Assembly: GCA_049967475.1 (NCBI GenBank)
Contig: JBMFSQ010000010.1
Location: 1-64,000, forward strand
Direction: 5' to 3'
DNA length: 64,000 bases
From: Chthonomonadales bacterium
Lineage (GTDB): Bacteria; Armatimonadota; Chthonomonadetes; Chthonomonadales; CAJBBX01
Below, in pieces: positions 22,267 to 32,323 of this stretch (positions are counted from its first letter, which is position 1; the number at the start of each line of letters is the position of its first letter). The translations under genes were made by a program, and so were the position numbers. Below the pieces are notes generated by a model that saw nothing but the letters and a program-made list of their open reading frames with translations, searched no databases and was not told the origin of the DNA.

Positions 22267-22851
22267 ATGGTCCAACCCAAGCCGGATGTGCCATCCGGCC
22301 CCCTCGTGCAGCGCATCGCGGTAATCGGTTCACCGGGAGCAGGAAAATCTACCCTTGCTCGCCGCCTCGGCGCCTTGCTGAACCTTCCCGTGTACCACCT
22401 GGACGCCCTTTATTGGAAGCCGGGTTGGTCGAAGCCTTCAGAGAACGAATGGCACGACCTCATCGAGCGTCTTGTCGCAGGTACTTCCTGGATCGTAGAC
22501 GGCAACTACGATGCGACGCAGATCCCACGCCTTAAGGCATCCGACGCGGTTATTTATCTGGACTACCCCCGCGCCCTTTGCGTAGGGCGTACTTTGATGC
22601 GCATCGCCACCCAATTCGGCCGCGTGCGTCCCGATATGGCTCCCGGATGCCCGGAACACTTGGATCTGCCATTCTTGGCTTACGTGTGGCGCTTCAACCA
22701 AGAATACGGCCCGCGCATCCGCGAGCGCCTAGCTGCATACTGCTCCCACAAACCGGTGTTCATATTCCAGTCTCCGGCGCAGACCGAGCGCTTCCTGGAG
22801 GAAGTTGCCAGAACGGGTGCCTGGCCCGGTACAAAGGGAGATGCACGATGA
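22267..22851 (+). CDS. Adenylate-kinase-like P-loop protein (FlaR/topology modulation family)
   Basis: IGSPGAGKSTLA, HLDALYWKPGW, WIVDGNY, RPDMAPGCPE. Confidence 0.85.
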   Translation: MVQPKPDVPSGPLVQRIAVIGSPGAGKSTLARRLGALLNLPVYHLDALYWKPGWSKPSENEWHDLIERLVAGTSWIVDGNYDATQIPRLKASDAVIYLDYPRALCVGRTLMRIATQFGRVRPDMAPGCPEHLDLPFLAYVWRFNQEYGPRIRERLAAYCSHKPVFIFQSPAQTERFLEEVARTGAWPGTKGDAR

Positions 22852-23411
22852 TCTTGGTAATAGATAATTACGACAGCTTCACCTATAACCTGGTTCAGTA
22901 CCTCGGCGAGATGGGGCAGGATCTTCTGGTACGTCGCAACGACGCCATCACGCTCGATGAGGTGGAAGCTCTTAGGCCACAACGCATCCTCATCTCGCCG
23001 GGACCATGTACTCCGGATCAGGCCGGCATCAGTGTGCCCCTCATCCGCCGCTTCGCCGGGCGCATCCCCATTCTAGGGGTTTGCCTGGGACATCAGGCGA
23101 TCGGACAGGCATTTGGAGCAGAGGTCGTGCGCAATTACCGCGTTCTCCACGGCAAAACCTCTCAGATCCACCACGACGGCCGTACCATCTACCGGAACGT
23201 GCCCAATCCCTTCCCAGCCACACGGTACCACTCCCTAGTCATTCGCCGCGACACGATGCCGGCCGTTCTGGAGGTCACCGCGGAGACGCCCGAGGGCGAG
23301 GTCATGGGGGTTCGCCACAAGGAGTACCCTCTCGAGGGAGTGCAGTTTCACCCCGAGAGCGTGATGACGCCCCACGGAAAGACGCTCCTGCGCAACTGGA
23401 TCGAGGTGTAG
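22848..23411 (+). CDS. trpG: Anthranilate synthase component II (glutamine amidotransferase)
   Basis: MILVIDNYDSFTYNL, SPGP, GVCLGHQ, RYHSL, GVQFHPES. Confidence 0.93.
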   Translation: MILVIDNYDSFTYNLVQYLGEMGQDLLVRRNDAITLDEVEALRPQRILISPGPCTPDQAGISVPLIRRFAGRIPILGVCLGHQAIGQAFGAEVVRNYRVLHGKTSQIHHDGRTIYRNVPNPFPATRYHSLVIRRDTMPAVLEVTAETPEGEVMGVRHKEYPLEGVQFHPESVMTPHGKTLLRNWIEV

Positions 23412-23770
23412 AACCAACCGCGCGTGCGCAAAAAAGGATGCGCTGACCTCCACTCCATTCGCTAGTTGGGCCGCGGCAGCAGGGACTGCATCGCGGACCC
23501 GTGTTGTGTGGTATGCTTGTTTTGCCAGTAGCGGGTAACCAGAGGACCCCATGCGCCCCACGAAGATTGGCTCCTGCGCCAGCCATCGGGACCGGAACCA
23601 AACCGGCAAGAGCGAAAACCCGCGTCCGCTGTGCCCGTCGCTCGGCCAACGAACGCAGCCAATGGTTGGAGCGCGTCTGGGGCCGTGCCATCTGGCAGGC
23701 GTTCACAGCACCTTGGGGCGCCGGCCGAAAAGTGAAGAATGCCCCAAATGCGGTATATCCTGAAACGGCT

Positions 23771-24901
23771 ATGAGTGCTCCTTCCAATTCCCAATCCACA
23801 GCCGCCGAATGCCGGCGGGTGGAACTGCTGCAACGCCGCATCCGTACCACGGGATGCGCGCTCGCGATCATCGCCCCCACCGATAACATGAAGTATCTGC
23901 TCGGATGGGCAGAGCCTCCCCATGAACGCTTTATGGCCCTCTTCGTGCCGGCCGATGGAACGCCCATACTTGTAGTTCCGGCGCTCAACCTAGAAGATGC
24001 CCTAAGCGCCGTACAATGCGTCGCCGATGTAAGGGGATGGGACGACGCCCACGGATGGGAACCCCTTGCGGCGGAAATTCTGCGAGCGATACCTGCCACG
24101 GCTCGCGTCATTGTGGATGACGAGCTTCCCTCGGGCCACCTTATGCGGCTCCAGCGCCTCGCACCCAGCGTTGAATGGGGCTCGTCCGCACCTGTGTTGA
24201 GCTCTCTGCGCCAAGTGAAAGCTCCGGACGAGATCGAGAAGTTGGAAGTCTCCGCGCGCGTTACAGACGGCGTGTGCGCGGCAGCTCTTCAGGGTTTGCA
24301 GGACGGAATTGCAGAACTGGAGCTGCAGGAGGAAATCCGGCGCGCATACCTTCAGAGGGGAGTGGAACCCGGTTTCGCCATCGTCTGCTTCGGGTCGAAC
24401 ACCGCACTGCCCCACCACAGAAGCAGCCAACGGCGACTGGCCGAGGGTGACATCGTACTTCTGGACATCGGCTGCGTGCGTGAAGGCTACTGGTCGGATA
24501 TCACGCGTACTGCGGCATACGGGGGAGCGGATCCTGAGGCGGCGAAGGTCTACTCGATCGTGCGCAGCGCCTATCAGGCGGCGTTCGAAGCGGTGCGCCC
24601 AGGTGTTCCGTGCGAACGCGTGGATGCAGCAGCGCGGCACGTCATCGAACAGGCGGGCTATGGGCCGGCCTTCATACACCGCACCGGTCACGGCATCGGG
24701 ATGTCGGGCCATGAAGCGCCGTTCATCGTGGCCGGGAACCGGGAGCTGCTGGAGGAAGGAATGGCCTTCAGCATTGAACCCGGCATCTATCTTCCGGGCC
24801 GCTTCGGCATTCGCGTGGAGAACATCGTCGTGGTCCGATCATCGGGCGCCGTGAGCTTGAATGCCGATCCTCCGGCCGAGCTGCCGGTGATCGAGCCTTA
24901 G
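23771..24901 (+). CDS. Xaa-Pro peptidase (M24B)
   Basis: LPHH, LLDIG, YWSDITRT, HRTGHGIG, FSIEPGIY, GIRVE; the frame stays open upstream to 23501. Confidence 0.9.
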   Translation: MSAPSNSQSTAAECRRVELLQRRIRTTGCALAIIAPTDNMKYLLGWAEPPHERFMALFVPADGTPILVVPALNLEDALSAVQCVADVRGWDDAHGWEPLAAEILRAIPATARVIVDDELPSGHLMRLQRLAPSVEWGSSAPVLSSLRQVKAPDEIEKLEVSARVTDGVCAAALQGLQDGIAELELQEEIRRAYLQRGVEPGFAIVCFGSNTALPHHRSSQRRLAEGDIVLLDIGCVREGYWSDITRTAAYGGADPEAAKVYSIVRSAYQAAFEAVRPGVPCERVDAAARHVIEQAGYGPAFIHRTGHGIGMSGHEAPFIVAGNRELLEEGMAFSIEPGIYLPGRFGIRVENIVVVRSSGAVSLNADPPAELPVIEP

Positions 24902-24960
24902 GTTTGCATTGACGACTGAAACTGCCGGGAGTGACCTACGCACAGGGGAGAGTGTGGGCC

Positions 24961-25989
24961 ATGATCCAAGATGCGTTGCGCAAAATAACGGATGGCGGGG
25001 ACCTCACGCACGAAGAAGCCGTGACGGTGATGACCGAAGTCGTGGACGGCCAAGCGACGCCGGTCCAAATCGGCGGCCTCCTGGCTGGTCTGCGCACCAA
25101 GCGCGAGGCAGTTGAGGAGATCGCGGGCTTTGCCCGTGTCATGCGGGAGCGCGCGGTACGCGTTTACCCCAGGAAGCGGCCGCTGCTGGACACGTGCGGG
25201 ACCGGCGGCGACACGTGCGACACCTTCAACATCTCGACGGCTGCCGCTTTTGTGATCGCTGCCTCGGGCATCGCAGTCGCCAAGCATGGAAACCGCGCCG
25301 TGTCCAGCCGGTGCGGAAGCGCCGATGTGCTTGCCGCCCTAGGAGTAGAACTCACGCTCACGCCCGAGCAGATCGCCCAATGCATAGACACCGTGGGCGT
25401 AGGCTTCATGTTCGCCCCGCATCATCATCCTGCCATGGCCTCTGTGGCGCAACCAAGGAAGGAATTGGGCATCCGTACCGTCTTCAATATCCTGGGCCCG
25501 CTCATCAACCCTGCGGGGGCAAACCGCCAACTCGTAGGAGTGTTTGACCCGGACCTATGCCCCAAAGTCGCTGAGGTTCTGGGGATGCTCGGCTGCGAGC
25601 GTGCCATGGTAGTGCACGGCATGAATGGCTTGGACGAGATCTCCACAGTGGGCCCCACACGCATCAGCCATCTGCAGCACGGTCGCGTAAGCACGGAAAC
25701 CCGCATCCCTTCGGAAATGTTCCTCGTGCCTGCAACCGAAGAGGAGATCGCAGGAGGTGCGTCCCCAGAAGAGAATGCCCAGATCGTCCTCGCGGTCCTC
25801 CAAGGAGAAGCAGGCCCGAGGAGGGATATTGTGTCCGTCAACGCTGCGGCCGGCATGATCCTTGGAGGTATGGCAGAAGGGTGGCGCGACGGCATATCCT
25901 TGGCCCACCGAATGATAGACACGGGCCGTGCCTACCGGGTGTTGCAACAACTGATCGAGTTTACGCAGCGATGCGCCGAACAAGCCTGA
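24961..25989 (+). CDS. trpD: Anthranilate phosphoribosyltransferase
   Basis: DTCGTGGD, FNIST, KHGNR, GSAD, RTVFNILGPL, GLDEIS. Confidence 0.96.
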   Translation: MIQDALRKITDGGDLTHEEAVTVMTEVVDGQATPVQIGGLLAGLRTKREAVEEIAGFARVMRERAVRVYPRKRPLLDTCGTGGDTCDTFNISTAAAFVIAASGIAVAKHGNRAVSSRCGSADVLAALGVELTLTPEQIAQCIDTVGVGFMFAPHHHPAMASVAQPRKELGIRTVFNILGPLINPAGANRQLVGVFDPDLCPKVAEVLGMLGCERAMVVHGMNGLDEISTVGPTRISHLQHGRVSTETRIPSEMFLVPATEEEIAGGASPEENAQIVLAVLQGEAGPRRDIVSVNAAAGMILGGMAEGWRDGISLAHRMIDTGRAYRVLQQLIEFTQRCAEQA

Positions 25990-26080
25990 AATCTTACACT
26001 GTAGAGGGGCGTGCTCACGCCGACTTCGGCGCACGACACTGCAGGCAGCCAGACACACGCTGTTCCTGTCGAGGGGTACT

Positions 26081-26869
26081 ATGAGCATTCTATCCGAGAT
26101 CCTGGCGGCCAAACGAACGGAGGTGGATTGCGCCCGTCGCCGCGTGCCCGAAGAGGAACTTCGCCGCAGAATTGCCGACATGCCTCCAGCGCGGGACTTT
26201 AGCGGTGCGCTGAGCACGGCGCCTCCTCCGGCGCTGATTGCGGAAGTCAAGAAGGCCTCCCCTTCCAAAGGCGTGATCCGTCATGACTTCAACCCGGTCC
26301 AAATTGCGCGCATCTACGCGGAAGGGGGCGCGGCATGCATCTCGGTGCTGACCGATGAACCCTACTTCGAGGGGCACCTGAACTACCTCCGGGCCATCCG
26401 CCAAGTCGTCAGCCGGCCGCTCCTTCGCAAAGACTTCATCATTGATGAATATCAGCTTCTGGAATCACGTGAGGCCGGGGCCGACGCCGTCCTGCTGATT
26501 GCAGCAGCTCTTCCCGTGCCTCAGATGAAGCGCCTTCTAGAGGGCGCAGCCTCCCTGGGCATGGCCTCCATCGTAGAAGTGCACAACGCCGAGGAACTAG
26601 ACGAGGCGCTTTCCGTGGAAGCCCGCATCATCGGCATCAACAACCGCAATCTGCACCAGTTCCGCACCACGCTCAATACCACGCTGGAACTCATACCGCG
26701 CATCCCTCGTGACCGCATCGTAGTGAGCGAATCCGGCATCAACTTCCGCTCGGACGTGGAGCGGCTGGCCCAAGCCGGGGTGCATGCGGTGCTCGTAGGG
26801 GAAGCGCTCATGCGCGAAGCGGACATCGCTGCGAAACTTGCAGAGCTGCTTGGCACGCACAAGGTGTAA
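26081..26869 (+). CDS. trpC: Indole-3-glycerol phosphate synthase
   Basis: LIAEVKKASPSKG, SVLTD, LRKDF, GINNRNL, VSESGI. Confidence 0.96.
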   Translation: MSILSEILAAKRTEVDCARRRVPEEELRRRIADMPPARDFSGALSTAPPPALIAEVKKASPSKGVIRHDFNPVQIARIYAEGGAACISVLTDEPYFEGHLNYLRAIRQVVSRPLLRKDFIIDEYQLLESREAGADAVLLIAAALPVPQMKRLLEGAASLGMASIVEVHNAEELDEALSVEARIIGINNRNLHQFRTTLNTTLELIPRIPRDRIVVSESGINFRSDVERLAQAGVHAVLVGEALMREADIAAKLAELLGTHKV

Positions 26870-26872
26870 CCT

Positions 26873-27505
26873 GTGACGCGCATCAAGATCTGCGGCATCA
26901 CCCGTTTCGAAGACGCCCGCGCCGCCGTTGAGCTGGGCGCCCATGCACTCGGCTTCATCTTCGTGCCCTCCTCGCCACGCTACCTGGGTGCTGGGGATGC
27001 CGCAGAACGCATCGTAACCCGTCTTCCCCCGTTCGTAGAGGCCGTTTTCGTCTGCCGCAACCTTGCGGATTACCGAGCGCATCCCTGCGCCTCCCTGTTC
27101 CACACGGTGCAGATCTACGAGCCGCCTGGCGGCGACCAGGTGCCTTGCGGCATGCGCATCATTGCGGCCACCCGAGTGCGCGATGAACATGATGTGGCGG
27201 CGGCCTCGGCAGCTTCGGCGTATGCGCAGGCCGTACTCTTGGATGCCTACGACCCCAATGCCCTCGGCGGTACAGGCACCCCCTTTGATTGGCGCAATAC
27301 CACGCAGGCCGCGCAACGCCTCGCACTGCCGGTGATCCTTGCCGGGGGATTGACGCCCGAGAATGTAGGTGAAGCCATACGGATGGTCCGCCCCTACGCC
27401 GTGGACGTATCCTCAGGTGTCGAAGCCGCCCCCGGACGCAAAGACATCCGCAAAATGACGGCGTTCTTCGCCGCCGTTCGCCACGCCGACCGGGAACTGG
27501 ACTGA
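26873..27505 (+). CDS. trpF: Phosphoribosylanthranilate isomerase
   Basis: RIKICGIT, LLDA, GGTG, LAGGL, VDVSSGVE. Confidence 0.95.
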   Translation: MTRIKICGITRFEDARAAVELGAHALGFIFVPSSPRYLGAGDAAERIVTRLPPFVEAVFVCRNLADYRAHPCASLFHTVQIYEPPGGDQVPCGMRIIAATRVRDEHDVAAASAASAYAQAVLLDAYDPNALGGTGTPFDWRNTTQAAQRLALPVILAGGLTPENVGEAIRMVRPYAVDVSSGVEAAPGRKDIRKMTAFFAAVRHADRELD

Positions 27506-27590
27506 CAGCAACCAACGGCAATGTCCGTAACCCATTGTAGGAAGTCAGGGTTCTCATCCTTCGGAGCCGCTCCCGTCCAGGAGGTTCACC

Positions 27591-28067
27591 ATGTCGCGCG
27601 CACCCCTCATGCTCATCGCCGCGGTTCTCACAGTTGCAGCAATTGCGCTGCTCTTCTTTGTTGTGCCGGGGCGCACCACCGAAATCCAAAAGCGAGGGGT
27701 AAAAGCCGAAGGCCAGGTCCTCTATAAAGACAGCCGCGCAGTACAAGGCCGACCCGTGTATGTGGTACGCTTCGTGTACGCCGACAGCCTGCGTAAGAAC
27801 CACGACGTGGAGAACGAGATCGCCTCCGCTGCAGATTGGGACCGCCTCAAGCCCAACCAATACATAACCGTGTATTACCTTCCGGATCGGCCGGACGTTG
27901 CCTATATGCCCGGCGCGGTTGGAATGGTGGCGCCCCATTCCCGCGCACTCTCGTTCCTCGGCTGGAGCGCCCTCATTGCCGCCGTACCCCTATGGTACCT
28001 CGCCTTCAAGGCACCCAAAGCGTCACGGCCCCCCGCTCCCAAGGGCCCGTTGATGGCCCGCCGATAG
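27591..28067 (+). CDS. DUF3592-like membrane protein
   Basis: TM-beta domain-TM layout, G..AEG.V, ITVYYLPDRP; AGGAGG SD. Confidence 0.7.
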   Translation: MSRAPLMLIAAVLTVAAIALLFFVVPGRTTEIQKRGVKAEGQVLYKDSRAVQGRPVYVVRFVYADSLRKNHDVENEIASAADWDRLKPNQYITVYYLPDRPDVAYMPGAVGMVAPHSRALSFLGWSALIAAVPLWYLAFKAPKASRPPAPKGPLMARR

Positions 28068-28211
28068 CCCGGGCGCGTGAGCATGGCCGATTGCAGCCTA
28101 CGGTTCCAGTCGCCACGCAATCGAGCCGCGCGGCCGGCTTGGGGGTACCATAGATAGGAGGCCACCACCGTAACCAAAACGGGGGCGCCAGTCCACACAC
28201 GGGGGATCGCT

Positions 28212-29429
28212 TTGCATCCGATTGACGCCAGCTTGCCCGATGCCATGGGACATTTCGGCCCATACGGGGGACGCTTCGTGCCCGAAACGCTCATTCCCGC
28301 GTTGGACGAACTTGCCTGCGAATACGAACGTGCTCGGAAGGATCCCGCCTTTCAGCAAGAGCTTGAAGGCTACCTGAGGGACTACGTAGGTCGGCCTACT
28401 CCGCTCTACTTTGCCGAACGCCTCACCACGGAACTGGGAGGCCCCAGGATCTACATCAAGCGCGAGGATCTGTGCCACACCGGCGCCCACAAGATCAACA
28501 ACAGCCTGGGGCAGGTACTGCTGGCCCGGCGGATGGGCAAACGCCGCATCATTGCTGAAACGGGAGCGGGCCAGCACGGAGTGGCAACCGCCACGGCCGC
28601 GGCGCGGTTCGGCCTGGAGTGCCACGTTTACATGGGTGAGGAAGATATGGAGCGGCAGCGCCTCAACGTCTTCCGGATGGAACTTCTGGGCGCCACCGTG
28701 GTGCCTGTGCGGGCCGGCTCCAAAACGTTGAAGGATGCCACCAGCGAGGCTATACGCGATTGGGTCACAAACGTACGCACCACACATTACGTCATCGGCT
28801 CGGTAGTGGGACCCCATCCGTATCCGGCAATCGTTCGTGATTTCCAATCGGTCATCGGCCGGGAGGCGCGAGCGCAGATCCTCGGGCGGGAAGGGCGTCT
28901 TCCCACTGCCATCCTCGCCTGCGTCGGCGGGGGGTCCAACTCCATGGGCATCTTCTACCCATTCGTGGAAGATCAATCGGTTCAGCTCATAGGAGTGGAA
29001 GCGGCAGGCAAGGGACTGGAAAGCGGCGAGCATTGCGCGACACTCACAGCCGGTTCTCCAGGCGTGCTTCACGGGAGTAAGAGCTATCTCCTCCAGACGG
29101 ACGACGGGCAGATTGCCCCCACTCATTCCATTTCCGCCGGTCTCGATTACCCCGGTGTCGGTCCCGAACATGCCTATCTCAAAGACATTGGCCGGGCTCG
29201 CTATTACGCTGTTACCGACGAAGAGGCTCTGGATGCCTTCGTGCGCATCGCCAGAACGGAAGGGCTCATCGTGGCCCTGGAAGCCGCACACGCCTTCGCA
29301 CTTTTGTATCACATCGCCAAAGAGTTCTCGCCCCAGGACGTGGTGATCGTGAACCTCAGCGGGCGGGGAGACAAGGATGTGGCTTCTGTCGCCCGCCGGC
29401 TCGGTTTCCACCATCATGCGGAAGGGTGA
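28212..29429 (+). CDS. trpB: Tryptophan synthase beta chain
   Basis: [49 protein letters not shown]. Confidence 0.97.
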   Translation: MHPIDASLPDAMGHFGPYGGRFVPETLIPALDELACEYERARKDPAFQQELEGYLRDYVGRPTPLYFAERLTTELGGPRIYIKREDLCHTGAHKINNSLGQVLLARRMGKRRIIAETGAGQHGVATATAAARFGLECHVYMGEEDMERQRLNVFRMELLGATVVPVRAGSKTLKDATSEAIRDWVTNVRTTHYVIGSVVGPHPYPAIVRDFQSVIGREARAQILGREGRLPTAILACVGGGSNSMGIFYPFVEDQSVQLIGVEAAGKGLESGEHCATLTAGSPGVLHGSKSYLLQTDDGQIAPTHSISAGLDYPGVGPEHAYLKDIGRARYYAVTDEEALDAFVRIARTEGLIVALEAAHAFALLYHIAKEFSPQDVVIVNLSGRGDKDVASVARRLGFHHHAEG

Positions 29430-29505
29430 ATGCCGTTGAGCGCCGAAAGCCGGCAGCCATAGGGCGAAGCCCACGGCAGAAGATCCCAGGAGGATAAGAC
29501 ACCAT

Positions 29506-30306
29506 ATGACGCGCCTAAGCCAGCGGTTCGCACGGCTGCGCGAGCAGGGAGAGCGCGCCCTCATCACCTACATCATGGCAGGCGATCCGTCGCCCGATGC
29601 CACCCTCGACATCGTCCAGTCTCTGGATGCCGCCGGGGTGGACGCAGTGGAGCTCGGCATTCCCTTCAGCGATCCTTTGGCGGACGGTCCCCTCATTCAG
29701 CAAGCGGGCCTTCGGGCACTGGCCCAAGGAATGACGGTGCAGCGGACGCTGGAACTGATCGGCAGCATCCGCCGCGTGTCTCAAATTCCCATCGTCATCA
29801 TGACCTATTTCAACCCCGTTCTGCGATACGGCGTAGCACGCTTCGCCGCCGATGCGGCATCGAGCGGAGCCGACGGCGTCATCCAAACCGACCTCACCCC
29901 GGAAGAGGCGGAGGAGTGGATTGCAAGTGCGCGCGCATCCGGCGTGGACACGGTGTTCCTCGTGGCCCCAACGAGCACGGACGCCCGCATCGCTACTGCC
30001 GCGTCGCTCTCCACAGGATTTGTTTATTGCGTGTCTCGAACAGGCGTCACCGGCGCACGGGACACGCTTCCTTCGGAGCTTGCCGACCTCATCCGGCGCG
30101 TAAAGGCCCACACGCCGCTCCCCGTTTGTGTAGGCTTCGGCATCTCCACGCCGCAGCACGTGCGGCAGGTAGTTCAGGATGCGGATGGCGCGGTCGTAGG
30201 AAGCGCGTTGGTGAGGCTGATCGCCGAACACGCCCACGATCCTGCCCTCGCGCAGAAGGTCCGCGAGTTCGCAGCATCGCTCAAGCAGGCCACGCGCCGG
30301 CCGTAG
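29506..30306 (+). CDS. trpA: Tryptophan synthase alpha chain
   Basis: AGDP, ELGIPFSDPLADGP, GVTG, VGFGIS, VVGSA. Confidence 0.97.
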   Translation: MTRLSQRFARLREQGERALITYIMAGDPSPDATLDIVQSLDAAGVDAVELGIPFSDPLADGPLIQQAGLRALAQGMTVQRTLELIGSIRRVSQIPIVIMTYFNPVLRYGVARFAADAASSGADGVIQTDLTPEEAEEWIASARASGVDTVFLVAPTSTDARIATAASLSTGFVYCVSRTGVTGARDTLPSELADLIRRVKAHTPLPVCVGFGISTPQHVRQVVQDADGAVVGSALVRLIAEHAHDPALAQKVREFAASLKQATRRP

Positions 30307-30469
30307 AATTGCCGGAGGCAGGCTCCCCGCTTCCGCTTGTAGGCAGCCGATTGCGAAGGCGCTCTTCAGACCGGCAAATACCCCCTCGGCTGCAGGACCA
30401 GCGATATGGCTCTCCTCATAAGGTATATTCTCGTGGGAGCTCGCATCATCCGTGCGCGCTGCCGTGACA

Positions 30470-31225
30470 ATGCCTCTTTACAGAGTACACGCCATCGTAC
30501 TGCGCAGGATGGACTTGGGCGAAACGGATCGCGTTCTGCGGCTCCTGACGCGTGAAGCCGGTCGCCTCAGTGCCATCGCCAAGGGGGCCCGCAGACCTAC
30601 GAGCCGCTTTGCCGGAGCCACGGAGCCCTTCACAGCGTCACGGATGCTCCTTGCCACCGGCAAAACGTTTCAGATCGTGTCGCAATGCGAAATGGACCAG
30701 GCCTTTCCGAACCTCCGCCAGGATTTGGAGGGCATCGCCCGCGCAGCATATCTTTGCGAACTCGTGGAGAGGCTCACCGACGAACAGGAGCCCCTCCCTG
30801 TTCTCTTTGACCTGCTCATGGAAACTTTGAAGCTGCTGGACGCTGCCCGGATGGACCGGGACGCGGTAGTCCATATGTTTGAACTGAAGCTTCTCGCCGA
30901 ACGGGGCTATGAGCCCCAGGTGTCTCGCTGTGTCGAGTGCGGAGCTTCTGTAGAAGGCTCAGGTTTGGGTTTCAGTGCCAGCATGGGCGGCGCACTTTGC
31001 CGACGGCACCGATATGGTGCCCAGGATGCCGTGCCGATCCGCGCAACGACGCTCCATTGCATGGCAGAGATGCTGGCCTTGGCTCCTGACCCTGCGTGCG
31101 GCCTCCAGCTTCCGCCGGAAACCCTCAAAGATCTCGAAAGGTGCCTTCGCTCGTACATCGCATGGCACACGGAACCTACTCTGCGAACGGCAGAGTTTCT
31201 GCAAATCCTGCGGAGCGCGCCCTGA
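30470..31225 (+). CDS. recO: DNA repair protein RecO
   Basis: GETDR, G...AIAKGARR, FELKLL...GY.P, Zn finger CVEC...LCRRH. Confidence 0.93.
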   Translation: MPLYRVHAIVLRRMDLGETDRVLRLLTREAGRLSAIAKGARRPTSRFAGATEPFTASRMLLATGKTFQIVSQCEMDQAFPNLRQDLEGIARAAYLCELVERLTDEQEPLPVLFDLLMETLKLLDAARMDRDAVVHMFELKLLAERGYEPQVSRCVECGASVEGSGLGFSASMGGALCRRHRYGAQDAVPIRATTLHCMAEMLALAPDPACGLQLPPETLKDLERCLRSYIAWHTEPTLRTAEFLQILRSAP

Positions 31226-31360
31226 CCTCGGCACTTCCGCACCGGCCACCGAAGGCGTGATGCGACCCGGTTCACGGATCCGCCCTCCAAACGCCGTCCG
31301 GAGCAACCCATGGCATGGCTGCTGGAGGCGCGGCGCCCGCTCCCTACAATAACCCGAAAT

Positions 31361-32266
31361 ATGGAACCGCCTAAAATCACACTCTTCTCTACGGCCCTCG
31401 TGTCTACCTGGGCCTTTGACCAGACGCATCGGGTGCTCTTCGACGCAGGCGATGGCGTTGCTGCACTCCTGGATGCCCGCATCCACCGCATCCGCTATGC
31501 GGCAATTACCCACGCCCACCGGGACCACTGTTCCGGGCTTTTGCAGCTCCTCAATCTGAGAGGAAGCCCGGGTGATTTTACCGTCTGCTACCCCGAGGCG
31601 AGCGGGGCTGCCCGAGCGCTCGCCACGTTTCTTTCCAACTTCGACGCCCGATCCACTGGTAAAGTGCGCTGGGTGCCCGTGGCTCCAGGATCTATGGTGC
31701 CCATCGAACCCGACCGCCACTATCTGCGCCCATTCGAGACCGACCACTACCCCAGAATGGATCCTCCCAGAGCGCTCAGTCTGGGGTACCAAATCGTCCG
31801 GCATGTAGATAAGCTCAAGCCGGAATTCATGGGTCTGCCCCAACAGGAACTGGACGCCCTTCGGGAACGACACGGGCGCGCCTTCATCACCCACACCGTG
31901 GAGGACATCCTCCTCACGATCACCGGGGACACGCTTCCCATGCCCCCGGAGCGCTACGCTGGGACCCGTGTCCTCATCCATGAATGTACCTTCCTTGATG
32001 CGCGCGAGCGGGCAGAGATGCAAGATCGCGGACATCCGCATTCGTGCCTCGACGAGGTCCTGGAGATTGCCCGGGAGGCCCGCGTAACCCATCTGGGGCT
32101 CTACCACCTTTCACGGCGGTACGACGACCATCATATTCGCAGCCGCGTGAGGGAACTGTGTATGCGCATGCGCCTCCCTTGCCCGGTGAGCGTGGCCCTA
32201 CCGGGAACCCTTCATGAAGACCTCTTTGCCGACCCAGTTTGGAAGGGAATGCCCAACGGATCCTAG
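31361..32266 (+). CDS. Ribonuclease Z, Thermotoga-type (MBL fold)
   Basis: FSTALVSTW...LFDAGDG, THAHRDH, KLKPEF.GL short flexible arm, TGDT, HECTF, HS, YHLSRRY. Confidence 0.8.
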   Translation: MEPPKITLFSTALVSTWAFDQTHRVLFDAGDGVAALLDARIHRIRYAAITHAHRDHCSGLLQLLNLRGSPGDFTVCYPEASGAARALATFLSNFDARSTGKVRWVPVAPGSMVPIEPDRHYLRPFETDHYPRMDPPRALSLGYQIVRHVDKLKPEFMGLPQQELDALRERHGRAFITHTVEDILLTITGDTLPMPPERYAGTRVLIHECTFLDARERAEMQDRGHPHSCLDEVLEIAREARVTHLGLYHLSRRYDDHHIRSRVRELCMRMRLPCPVSVALPGTLHEDLFADPVWKGMPNGS

Positions 32267-32323
32267 AATGTTCGCCTGGTTCACAGTGCACGGTTTGGTA
32301 TCTCTTATGGGAGCGCGCATCGC

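Noticed and set aside
23551..23763. 70-aa ORF with AGAGGA upstream and C-terminal CPKC
   Set aside because: No recognisable family and unconvincing composition; not excluded, but it cannot be supported as a gene.
30309..30393. Crossing inverted repeats after trpA (pseudoknot-like)
   Set aside because: Stems are only 7-8 bp in GC-rich DNA with no other support.
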